Counted from the first letter of the stretch, positions 1 through 7,341 are shown. The stretch is DNA of 12,754 nucleotides from an uncultured Lachnospiraceae bacterium (GCA_964386235.1 CAYLSH010000058.1:1-12754), one strand, 5' to 3'. Notes: generated from the sequence alone by a model not told the origin. A program made the numbers and translations.

Positions 1-36
1 TACGTAAGATAATACGTAAGATAATACGCAAGATGA
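1..36. repeat. Three direct 12-bp repeats (TACGTAAGATAA, TACGTAAGATAA, TACGCAAGATGA) abutting the window edge; the array may continue upstream
   Basis: Read directly: positions 1-12 and 13-24 are identical, 25-36 differs at 2 positions. Each unit contains the palindrome TACGTA. The 12-bp periodicity suggests a protein-binding iteron or operator. Confidence 0.55.
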
Positions 37-61
37 TGTGAAAAGTTATTGGAGGTATCTT

Positions 62-181
62 ATGGGAGATTATAAACCACCTTTACAATTACAAATGAGA
101 TATTGTCGTATGTATCATCCATCTCAGAGAAGATTGGTCGTATTTCAACTATCAGCAATTTGGAATCGAAACCGCATTTGA
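62..181 (+). CDS. Hypothetical small basic peptide, 39 aa (MGDYKPPLQLQMRYCRMYHPSQRRLVVFQLSAIWNRNRI)
   Basis: ATG at 62 lies 6 nt after a GGAGG Shine-Dalgarno (51-55). Open frame runs to TGA at 179-181. Too short for the ORF track. No recognisable family, so it could be spurious. Confidence 0.2.
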   Translation: MGDYKPPLQLQMRYCRMYHPSQRRLVVFQLSAIWNRNRI

Positions 182-238
182 CAAGCCTAATAGTAGGAAC
201 CAGAGATATGTTAGAGAATAATAGAAGTTAAAAGAATG

Positions 239-261
239 GTTGCCGACGGTCCACCGGCAAC
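239..261. other. Perfect 7-bp stem hairpin GTTGCCG-N9-CGGCAAC
   Basis: Reverse-complementary arms read directly. No U-tract follows, so it is not a canonical intrinsic terminator. Possible RNA structure or protein-binding palindrome. Confidence 0.3.
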
Positions 262-360
262 AATCAACCGATTTTGCGAATCATAAAAGATATCGTATCT
301 GATAAGCCGGACATGAATTCAGTACCCGGCCGAAAATGCAAAATGAACTGCCCTCGGAAA

Positions 361-389
361 CCTTAACAGGCTCATATTTGCTGTTAAGG
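361..389. other. Perfect 9-bp stem hairpin CCTTAACAG-N11-CTGTTAAGG
   Basis: Reverse-complementary arms read directly. An A-rich stretch follows rather than a U-tract. Possible leader or 3' structure of an upstream transcript. Confidence 0.3.
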
Positions 390-449
390 GAAACAAGGAA
401 AACACCATCTTTATCATTTTTCGTTGTGCTGTCTGCAGTTTAGTCATGA

Positions 450-479
450 TTGACAGAAGATATTAGGATTTGCTATAAT
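450..479 (+). promoter_or_regulatory. Sigma-A type promoter: -35 TTGACA (450-455), 18-nt spacer, extended -10 TGcTATAAT (471-479)
   Basis: Consensus hexamers with a TG extended -10 motif, read directly. Upstream region is AT-rich. The predicted transcription start near 486 is about 55 nt before the ATG at 540. Confidence 0.5.
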
Positions 480-539
480 GTGCTAGGTAATTTTGACAAA
501 TTATTACATATTTTTTATCAACAAATTGACGAGGGGGAC

Positions 540-1832
540 ATGGATATGCCTATAATGAATGTTATAAAAAATGATGCATTTGGAGATATGCTTTGTTCCA
601 AAATACCATGTGAGGACTTTAACATTGGCTCGCAGCTGATTGTAGCGGAATATGAAGAAGCCCTTTTTATGAAGGATGGAATCATAGAAGAAGTATTTGG
701 TCCCGGTAAATATACGTTGACAACGGATAATTATCCGTTTTTGACCAAAATGATGTCGAAATTTTTGACGGGTGGTGTGAGTGCTTATAGTTGTAAAGTT
801 TACTTTATCAATAAATCACATCATCTGGAATTGAAGTGGGGAACCGGTACACCGGTTCGAATCATAGATCCTGTCTGGAATATAGAAGTACATGTACAGG
901 CAAGAGGAACGTACTCTGCTGTTGTCAAGGATGGAAAGAAGTTCTTTTTAAAGATGGTAGGTGCAAATGTAGCAGCCGCAGAAGGAGATTTAGTCAAGAA
1001 TTTCAGAACGGCATTTATTCAGAACATTACGGATGCACTGGCAGAATATCTTACTACTTCAAGAGATGAAGTTCTGGTTGTCTGCAATCGAAAGAAAGCA
1101 TTGGCAGATGACCTGAAACAGAGTTTGAATACCATTCTGGATGAATATGGTATGGAACTGGTTAATTTTTATATAGAAAATATAGAAATTCCGGAAAATG
1201 ACGCCTGCATGCAGAGAATCCGCGAATTGCGTATTCTTCGTCAGGAAAAAATGTTTGAAAGAGAACAAAATATTGCAGATGAAAGAATGCAGTTTGGATT
1301 GCGGCAGGAAGAAGCGGATGCGGCAAGATATGTTTCCGGCCAGCACGCACAAGCTGATTATGAAAGAATGCATATTCGTGATCAGGATGGAAATAATGGA
1401 TGGGCAAGGCAGGAAGTTGCTGAGATTTTGAAAAAAGCAGCGGACAATGAAGGCAACGGCTCGGAAATGATGAACATAGGAGTGGGACTCGGAATGGGTT
1501 CGGCAATGGGTGGCGCAGTACGGAATATGGCAGATATGTTTCTTGCAAACAATGAAACGACCAATACCGGAAAGGCTCCTGATACGCAAGTGTGTCCTCA
1601 CTGTAATGCAGTTGTTCCTGCAGGCATGAAGTTCTGTGGCGGATGTGGAAAACCATTACAACAACCTAAAAAAACATGTGCAAATTGCGGAGCGGAGTTG
1701 ATTGCAGGCATGAAATTCTGTGGTGAGTGCGGAACTCCGGTTGCACCGCAGAAAATAGTATGCAAAAACTGTGGGGCGGAAATAGCCGCTGAGATGAAGT
1801 TTTGCGGTGAATGCGGACAAAAAGTTGAATAG
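540..1832 (+). CDS. SPFH/Band-7 domain protein (YdjI-like, Band_7_1 type) with three C-terminal tandem zinc ribbons
   Basis: The ORF track gives 450..1832, but 450 is a TTG codon that coincides with the -35 hexamer. A start at ATG 540 (or ATG 546) just after GAGGGGG (531-537) is more credible. The N-terminal ~300 aa carry the F-x-N...WGT...P core and a charged helical region typical of SPFH proteins, assigned from memory of the Band_7_1 family. The C-terminus carries 3 units of C-x2-C-x9-MKFCGxCG. Confidence 0.8.
   Translation: MDMPIMNVIKNDAFGDMLCSKIPCEDFNIGSQLIVAEYEEALFMKDGIIEEVFGPGKYTLTTDNYPFLTKMMSKFLTGGVSAYSCKVYFINKSHHLELKWGTGTPVRIIDPVWNIEVHVQARGTYSAVVKDGKKFFLKMVGANVAAAEGDLVKNFRTAFIQNITDALAEYLTTSRDEVLVVCNRKKALADDLKQSLNTILDEYGMELVNFYIENIEIPENDACMQRIRELRILRQEKMFEREQNIADERMQFGLRQEEADAARYVSGQHAQADYERMHIRDQDGNNGWARQEVAEILKKAADNEGNGSEMMNIGVGLGMGSAMGGAVRNMADMFLANNETTNTGKAPDTQVCPHCNAVVPAGMKFCGGCGKPLQQPKKTCANCGAELIAGMKFCGECGTPVAPQKIVCKNCGAEIAAEMKFCGECGQKVE
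1593..1832 (+). repeat. Three tandem 84-bp coding repeats (last truncated to 72 bp), each encoding one zinc-ribbon unit
   Basis: Units start at 1593, 1677 and 1761. Each encodes C(P/A/K)(H/N)C(N/G)A(V/E)...GMKFCG(G/E)CG... Confidence 0.7.
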
Positions 1833-1843
1833 GGGGCGTACAA

Positions 1844-2524
1844 ATGAATAGTAAGATGTATAAAGGGCTGATTGCCCTGATTGCGATGGTTGCGGCAAAT
1901 GTGGGCGTATTTCTTCTGGTAAAACATTTTACACCATTATTTTGGATTAATTACAGTTTTGCCATGATTGCCTGCATACTTACGATTTTTATTAATATTT
2001 TTTCGCTGGATAAGGAAAAACCAATCTTTGGATATACACTGGCAGCGGTTTCCTGGGCATATTTAGCGGTGGAACTGGTTGCTGCGTTTGTATTTTCTAA
2101 ACTTCTTCCGTTCTTTCTTCTGCCGGCCTTTTTGATTCAGCTGTTTATTCTGGCAGCATTCGGAATCTGCTATCTGCAGGTGAAGATGGTAAATGAATCG
2201 ATTAAAGACAGACAGGCAGTTCGCGGAAATGAGATTTTGAACTTTAAGTATATCCTGGAAAAAATGAAAGAGGTACAACGTAAGATTGCTTATTCGGAAT
2301 CGTATCGAAAGACAGTGGATCATGCATATGATTCACTTGCAAGCGGACAGACCAAAAGTAATGATATGGCTGTAGAAGTTGAAAAGGCAATATTGGGTAA
2401 GATCAGTGATCTGGATACAGCAGTGGAGAAACATGCAGAGGAAGAAATTCTGGCTGTTTGCGGAGAAATTGAAAAGTTGTCGGAAGAACGGAAACGGATT
2501 TTGACATTAAGACAGAATTTTTAA
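1844..2524 (+). CDS. Integral membrane protein (4 predicted TM helices) with a C-terminal cytoplasmic coiled-coil region
   Basis: ATG at 1844 lies 7 nt after GGGGG (1832-1836), only 11 nt after the upstream stop. Four hydrophobic ~20-aa segments are followed by ~110 aa of charged heptad-like sequence. Confidence 0.75.
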   Translation: MNSKMYKGLIALIAMVAANVGVFLLVKHFTPLFWINYSFAMIACILTIFINIFSLDKEKPIFGYTLAAVSWAYLAVELVAAFVFSKLLPFFLLPAFLIQLFILAAFGICYLQVKMVNESIKDRQAVRGNEILNFKYILEKMKEVQRKIAYSESYRKTVDHAYDSLASGQTKSNDMAVEVEKAILGKISDLDTAVEKHAEEEILAVCGEIEKLSEERKRILTLRQNF

Positions 2525-2561
2525 ATACGAAGAACATTTTCATGTTGGAAAGAGGTAAGAA

Positions 2562-3239
2562 ATGAACAATCAGAGACCGTGGTATTATTCCTGGGGAGTT
2601 ATTATTTTAGCATTTTTATTTTTCTGGCCGGTAGGTATCGTGCTTTTGGTAATGAGAAACCGTAATACCAATAAAGTTTCAAGACAGTCTTTATTTACAA
2701 ATACGAATAAGAAAAAATATATAACAATTGGAGTAATCCTGATTGTTATAGGTCTTACGACTATATCGGATAGTGCTTTGATGGGACTTTTCCTGATAAT
2801 CGGAGGAATTATACTGATTATTTATTCCGAAAAATTGGTTAAGGATGCGGCAAGAAGAAAGAAATATATGGATCTGATCGTAAATAATCAGGTATATAGT
2901 CTGGAAAAAATTGCAAGTATTTGTAATGTACAGTATTCTATCGTGCTAAAGGAATTGAATCAGTTGATTTCCTTTGGCGTACTGAAAGGTGCATACATAG
3001 ATGAAGGCAAAAGACAGGTTATGATAGCAGGCACGCCGAACACATCCGGCATCATTCCAATGACACAAACGCTGGAAGATGGCCTTGCTTCCTTCACACA
3101 GACTGTTACCGGCGCAGCTGCTGTACAGCAGCCAAAGATGGTTGCTGCTGTATGTCCCGGATGTGGTGCTAAGATGTCCATTCCGGAAGGCGCGGTTGTG
3201 GAGTGTGAATATTGTGCAGCAACGGTATCAGCCCAGTAA
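2562..3239 (+). CDS. Membrane protein with 2-3 N-terminal TM helices, a winged-helix-like segment and a C-terminal CxxC...CxxC zinc ribbon
   Basis: ATG at 2562 lies 6 nt after AAGAGG (2550-2555). Hydrophobic segments sit at about aa 10-30 and 54-88. The segment YSLEKIASICNVQYSIVLKELNQLISFGVLKGAYIDEGKRQVM looks like a helix-turn-helix with a beta wing. The C-terminus reads CPGCGAKMSIPEGAVVECEYC. Confidence 0.75.
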   Translation: MNNQRPWYYSWGVIILAFLFFWPVGIVLLVMRNRNTNKVSRQSLFTNTNKKKYITIGVILIVIGLTTISDSALMGLFLIIGGIILIIYSEKLVKDAARRKKYMDLIVNNQVYSLEKIASICNVQYSIVLKELNQLISFGVLKGAYIDEGKRQVMIAGTPNTSGIIPMTQTLEDGLASFTQTVTGAAAVQQPKMVAAVCPGCGAKMSIPEGAVVECEYCAATVSAQ

Positions 3240-3272
3240 ATAACAACATTATTATTACAATGGGAGACAGAC

Positions 3273-3737
3273 ATGGATATATTTAATAAGGCAAAAGAAT
3301 CTATTTCTATTGCGGGAAAGGGATTTACACAGAAAGCAAATGATGTTTCCGGTATTGCGAAAGTAACCATGAAGATCCGGGAAGAGGAAAAAGAAATACA
3401 GGAAATTTACAAAAATGTTGGGGAACAGTTATGTATGTTACATCCCGAGGACATGACGAAATTATTTCCCGAACAGGCATATCACCTGGAGAATCTTAGA
3501 AAGCAGTTGGAAAAGGATAAACAGGAACTGGCGATTTATAAGGGAATGTGTATCTGTCCCAATTGTGGTTCGGAGCAGGAAAAAGACGTTTTGTGTTGTA
3601 CCGAATGCGGTATGAATATGGAAGATGCACGGCGCATGCAGTTACAACAGCAGGAAGTAGTATTGTGCCAAAATTGTGGAACGGCATTGGCAGCAGGATC
3701 AAAATTCTGTATGAATTGTGGGCAAAAAGTAGATTAG
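3273..3737 (+). CDS. Small coiled-coil protein with a C-terminal double zinc ribbon
   Basis: ATG at 3273 lies 5 nt after GGGAGA (3262-3267). The N-terminal ~100 aa are charged and helical. The C-terminus reads CPNCG...CCTECG and CQNCG...SKFCMNCGQKV, the same FC-x-CG zinc-ribbon signature as in the first gene. Confidence 0.75.
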   Translation: MDIFNKAKESISIAGKGFTQKANDVSGIAKVTMKIREEEKEIQEIYKNVGEQLCMLHPEDMTKLFPEQAYHLENLRKQLEKDKQELAIYKGMCICPNCGSEQEKDVLCCTECGMNMEDARRMQLQQQEVVLCQNCGTALAAGSKFCMNCGQKVD

Positions 3738-3739
3738 AA

Positions 3740-3786
3740 AAAAAGGTATTGAAAGTCAGAAATGGGTTTCAATACCTTTTTTATGT
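3740..3786 (+). terminator. Rho-independent (possibly bidirectional) terminator of the four-gene operon
   Basis: Perfect 15-bp stem AAAAAGGTATTGAAA (3740-3754) pairs with TTTCAATACCTTTTT (3767-3781) around a 12-nt loop, and runs into a T-tract. It starts 3 nt after the stop codon at 3737. Confidence 0.7.
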
Positions 3787-3889
3787 TATATATTGGGGAA
3801 AAGTGAAATACAATGCCTAAAAAGACTAAATGGCTTATTGAGAGTTTTATCACCAAAGCGGGTTAGGATTAAAAAACAAAGAAAAATTT

Positions 3890-3918
3890 TTGACGATTGA
3901 CCCTATATAGCGTATAAT
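3890..3918 (+). promoter_or_regulatory. Sigma-A type promoter: TTGACG (3890-3895), 17-nt spacer, TATAAT (3913-3918), with an upstream A-tract
   Basis: Near-consensus hexamers with exact 17-nt spacing, preceded by an AAAAAACAAAGAAAAATTTT UP-like element. It predicts a leader of about 120 nt before the ATG at 4048. Confidence 0.5.
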
Positions 3919-3940
3919 AAAGGAATAGGACGGGGTAAAA

Positions 3941-3978
3941 ATAGAGGGATGGCTAGGAGGTTGTCCTTCTATTTTGCG
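3941..3978 (+). promoter_or_regulatory. Leader-RNA hairpin (9-bp stem with one G-U pair: AUAGAGGGA / UCCUUCUAU) followed by UUUUG; possible attenuator or cis-regulatory element
   Basis: Read directly in the predicted 5' UTR of the GGDEF gene pair. The U-tract has only 4 U, so termination would be weak. No known riboswitch consensus could be matched with confidence. Confidence 0.2.
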
Positions 3979-4047
3979 TACCTAATAGTGGGGAAGCACA
4001 AGCCGCGGACTATGGGAGAGAGAATATAGGAAGCAGGGGGACGTTAG

Positions 4048-5670
4048 ATGAAACGAAGTGTTTTTCACAGTATATGCTATGGGACATGGATTGTGATTGC
4101 CGTTTTGTTTTTCTTTCTTTTTGATTACATCAAGGTAAATGTTTCCGGCGGAGAGGCAAAGAAGGATTATGAGGTACTGGTGGACTATGATGTGGAAACC
4201 GGGCTGGATCCGGCGGCACCGACGGGAATACGCAAGATATACGATTTTACCTTAAATGGGATAGAAGAATCGTATTGCGAACTGGTTTTTTACTGTATCC
4301 ATCAGAATGCGGAAGTATATCTGGATGGAGAACGCATTTATGATATGCAGATGCCGGAAGGCGGCATTGCCGGCGGATCTCCGGGATATATGTGGAATGC
4401 CCTTTCCTTTTCGGAAGAGGACAACGGGAAGGAACTGCGGATAGAGATTGTGCCGGTATACAGTTCTTCCAATGACATCACGCCCATTTTGTATTTTGGC
4501 AACCGGTATGACATCGCAAGGGTTATTATCATGGATTCTTTATGGAATCTGCTCTTTAGCGTGATTGTAATTGCGCTGGGCCTTGTATACATATGTTTCG
4601 TGCTGTTTAATAATCGAAAAACAAAGGTGGAAAACAGTTTGTCCATGCTGGGCTTCTTTGCGATTCAGCTGGGACTGTGGAAAATTTCGGAGTCTGAGGC
4701 GGTCAATTTCCTCATTTCCGGACATCCGGCGTTTTCACAGGTTACCTTTGTATCCTTGATGTTTATGGGAATATCCATGATATTGTACATAAAGGAACTG
4801 TACAGTACACATGACAAATGGATCTGGTATGTGCCGTGTGTATTAGGATTTACCAATGTGATCCTCACACTTTTGTTACAATTTGCAGGCGTGGCGGATA
4901 TGCGTCAGATGCTGCCGGTTACGCATGGTGTGATTGGCGTGGGGATTGTGATTACCATCGTGATGACGGTTTATGAAGTGTTCTGCGTCGGCTGGACAAA
5001 GAAACTGAAATTGAATCTGGGATGTCTGGCGGGCTGCTTTGTGGGCGCCGGCATAGATATGCTTTTTTACTATGTCTCAAAGGGAAGTGCACCTTCTGTT
5101 TTTTCCATGGTGGGATTTTTGGTGTACATTCTTGTGCTGGGTATTGCGTCCATGCAGGATATTAAGGAATTGATGCGGTATGGGATCCGGGCCAAAAAAT
5201 ATGCGCAACTGGCATACCACGATCAGTTAACGGGCTTATATAACCGCACCGCATACGAAGAATTTACGAAAAGTCAGGAATTTGATCCGGAAGACTGCGT
5301 TGTTTTGATCATGGATTTGAACAATTTAAAAAGCTGCAATGATGTATTGGGACATGACAAAGGAGATATTTACATCAGGGAAGCGGCGGAAGCCATCAAA
5401 GAATCCTTCGGGAACGTGGGCAATTGCTACCGAATGGGTGGTGATGAATTCTATGTGTTGGCAAAAAGCGAGTCGGCGGATGAGTGTAAAAGAAGGATTG
5501 AACAGTTGCAGAAGCGCGTAGCTGCGTGCAAGGCAGTGGGCGAGGACTTTAAAATGGGGATCGCCTGTGGTTTCCAATTTTTTGACAGGGATATGGATCG
5601 CGATATCAGCGAGACAGTCAGACGCGCGGATAAGGCGATGTATCAGGATAAATTTGCGATGAAATCGTAG
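4048..5670 (+). CDS. Membrane diguanylate cyclase with 7TMR-DISM architecture: signal anchor, ~150-aa extracellular domain, 7 TM helices, C-terminal GGDEF domain
   Basis: ATG lies 7 nt after AGGGGGA. Seven hydrophobic segments span aa ~162-373. The GGDEF domain runs from YHDQLTGLYNR through MDLNNLKSCND..GHDKGD and YRMGGDEF to ADKAMYQDK. No RxxD I-site precedes GGDEF. Confidence 0.9.
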   Translation: MKRSVFHSICYGTWIVIAVLFFFLFDYIKVNVSGGEAKKDYEVLVDYDVETGLDPAAPTGIRKIYDFTLNGIEESYCELVFYCIHQNAEVYLDGERIYDMQMPEGGIAGGSPGYMWNALSFSEEDNGKELRIEIVPVYSSSNDITPILYFGNRYDIARVIIMDSLWNLLFSVIVIALGLVYICFVLFNNRKTKVENSLSMLGFFAIQLGLWKISESEAVNFLISGHPAFSQVTFVSLMFMGISMILYIKELYSTHDKWIWYVPCVLGFTNVILTLLLQFAGVADMRQMLPVTHGVIGVGIVITIVMTVYEVFCVGWTKKLKLNLGCLAGCFVGAGIDMLFYYVSKGSAPSVFSMVGFLVYILVLGIASMQDIKELMRYGIRAKKYAQLAYHDQLTGLYNRTAYEEFTKSQEFDPEDCVVLIMDLNNLKSCNDVLGHDKGDIYIREAAEAIKESFGNVGNCYRMGGDEFYVLAKSESADECKRRIEQLQKRVAACKAVGEDFKMGIACGFQFFDRDMDRDISETVRRADKAMYQDKFAMKS

Positions 5671-5718
5671 GGGATCAGACAGAGGGAATTAGTCAGAGAG
5701 AATTAGGGGGACTGAAGA

Positions 5719-7341
5719 ATGAAAAAGGACCTTTTGCATGGTGTCTGTTATGCGGCGTGGATAGGAATTGCCATCTTATTCTTTTGCCATTTAAAGTATA
5801 CCAATGTGGATGTTTATGGCGGGCAAGCCAAAGAAAATTATGAAATACTGACGGAATATGACATGGAAACCATGCAGGATTCAACGGCTCCGACGGGAAT
5901 ACGCAAGATCTATGATATTACTTTGGACGGGATTAAAGAATCGTATTGCGAACTGGTTTTTTTCACCATTCATCAGACTTCCAGGGTGTATTTGGATGAC
6001 ACCTGTATTTACAGTATGCAGATGAAGGATGGGGGAGTTATGGGCAGATCACCCGGCTATACCTGGAATGCCCTTTCTTTTTCAGAAAAAGATAACGGTA
6101 AAAATCTGCGGATAGAGATTACACCGGTATACAGTTCTTCCGATGACATCGTGCCCGTTTTATATTTTGGAAACCGGTATGATATTGCAAGGGATGTCAT
6201 CAAGGGGTCCTTGTTGGATCTGTTATTTAGTATAGCCTCAATAGTAGTGGGCATGGTGTACATCATTTTTGTGGCATTTAACAACCGTAAAACAAAAACA
6301 GAAAGCAGTCTTGCCATGCTGGGATTTCTGGCAATTCAACTGGGATTGTGGAGATTTTCCGATTCTGAGGCGGTTAACTTTCTGATTCCGGGCAGACCGG
6401 AGTTTTCCCAGATTACCTTTTTGTCCCTCATGTTTATCGCAACAGCAATGGGACTGCATATAAAACAACTGTATAGTACACGCAAAAAATGGATCTGGTA
6501 TATATCCATTGTGTTGGGGTTTGCCAATATCGTAATCTCGTTGTTGCTGCAGTGCTTGGGCGTGGCCGATATGCGCCAGATGCTGCCGTTTACGCATGTG
6601 GTGATGGCAATCTGTATAGTGGTTACCATTGTGATGACGATTTACGAAATACGTTATGTGGGATGGACGAAAAAATTAAAATTACATGTTGGATGTCTTA
6701 CGGGTTGCTTTGCGGGTGCCATAGTTGATATGGGACTCTATTACGCGACTAGTGGAGTGGCTCCCTCTACATTTACCATGCTGGGATTTATGGTTTATAC
6801 CATGGTGCTGGGAACGGCTTCGATGCATGAAGTTAAGGAACTGATGCAATTTGGTATCCGGGCAAAACGCTACGAAAAACTGGCATATTACGATCAGCTG
6901 ACAGGTTTATACAACCGTACCGCATACGAAGAATTTACCAAAAACCACGATTTTAACCCGGAAAACTGTGTCGTTCTGATCATGGACCTAAACAATTTGA
7001 AAAGTTGTAATGACACCTTTGGACACGACAAAGGGGATGTATATATCAGGGAAGCGGCAAAAACAATCGGCGAGTTGTTCGGAAATGCCGGCAACTGCTA
7101 CCGGATGGGCGGCGATGAATTCTATGTATTGGCAAAAAATGAAACAGCGGATGATCTGAAAGACAGAATCAAACAGTTGCAGGAACATATGGCGGCATGC
7201 AAAACTGTGGATGAAAACTTTGAAATGGGGATTGCCTGCGGTTTCCGGTTTTTTGACAAGAACATGGACCGTGATATCGGCGAGACTGTCAGACGCGCGG
7301 ATAAGGCAATGTATCAGAATAAATTTGCGATGAAGTCCTAA
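5719..7341 (+). CDS. Paralogous membrane diguanylate cyclase (7TMR-DISM plus GGDEF), tandem duplicate of the previous gene
   Basis: Same length (540 aa) and colinear along the whole protein, at roughly 65-70% amino-acid identity by eye. Identical nucleotide runs of 20-25 nt are shared, for example CCGACGGGAATACGCAAGAT. The same AGGGGGAC ribosome-binding context is present. The 48-nt intergenic gap has no terminator. Confidence 0.9.
   Translation: MKKDLLHGVCYAAWIGIAILFFCHLKYTNVDVYGGQAKENYEILTEYDMETMQDSTAPTGIRKIYDITLDGIKESYCELVFFTIHQTSRVYLDDTCIYSMQMKDGGVMGRSPGYTWNALSFSEKDNGKNLRIEITPVYSSSDDIVPVLYFGNRYDIARDVIKGSLLDLLFSIASIVVGMVYIIFVAFNNRKTKTESSLAMLGFLAIQLGLWRFSDSEAVNFLIPGRPEFSQITFLSLMFIATAMGLHIKQLYSTRKKWIWYISIVLGFANIVISLLLQCLGVADMRQMLPFTHVVMAICIVVTIVMTIYEIRYVGWTKKLKLHVGCLTGCFAGAIVDMGLYYATSGVAPSTFTMLGFMVYTMVLGTASMHEVKELMQFGIRAKRYEKLAYYDQLTGLYNRTAYEEFTKNHDFNPENCVVLIMDLNNLKSCNDTFGHDKGDVYIREAAKTIGELFGNAGNCYRMGGDEFYVLAKNETADDLKDRIKQLQEHMAACKTVDENFEMGIACGFRFFDKNMDRDIGETVRRADKAMYQNKFAMKS

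Noticed and set aside
1-36. CRISPR array at the window start
   Set aside because: The repeats are only 12 bp, directly abutting with no spacers, and only three units are visible. This does not fit CRISPR architecture.
450-539. ORF-track start of the first gene at TTG 450 (N-terminus MTEDIRICYNVLGNF...)
   Set aside because: The TTG at 450 is the first base of a consensus -35 TTGACA, and the stretch contains the TGcTATAAT -10. A start at ATG 540 (or 546) directly after the GAGGGGG ribosome-binding site is far more plausible, so 450-539 is promoter and leader, not coding.
836-1927. Several overlapping minus- and plus-strand ORFs (836..1069 +, 1059..1601 -, 1162..1656 -, 1198..1431 +, 1382..1564 -, 1598..1927 -, 1656..1898 -)
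   Set aside because: All lie inside or across the SPFH and zinc-ribbon genes in other frames. Their compositions are Cys/His/Phe-rich and repetitive, mirroring the zinc-ribbon repeats. They have no RBS and are shadow ORFs.
2562-2700. PspC-domain assignment for the N-terminus of gene 3
   Set aside because: The PspC signature (GVCGGLA...) is absent. Only a generic TM region is present.
3813-3866. 17-codon ORF (MPKKTKWLIESFITKAG) just downstream of the operon terminator
   Set aside because: Too short, weak RBS spacing, and no family resemblance. Most likely non-coding spacer.
3920-4047. Possible c-di-GMP riboswitch in the leader of the diguanylate cyclase pair
   Set aside because: Only vague resemblance (a GCACAAGCCGCGG stretch) to GEMM-I conserved elements, and I could not reconstruct the P1/P2 helices or the tetraloop-receptor by eye. 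Left as an unverified possibility. It needs an Rfam/Infernal scan.
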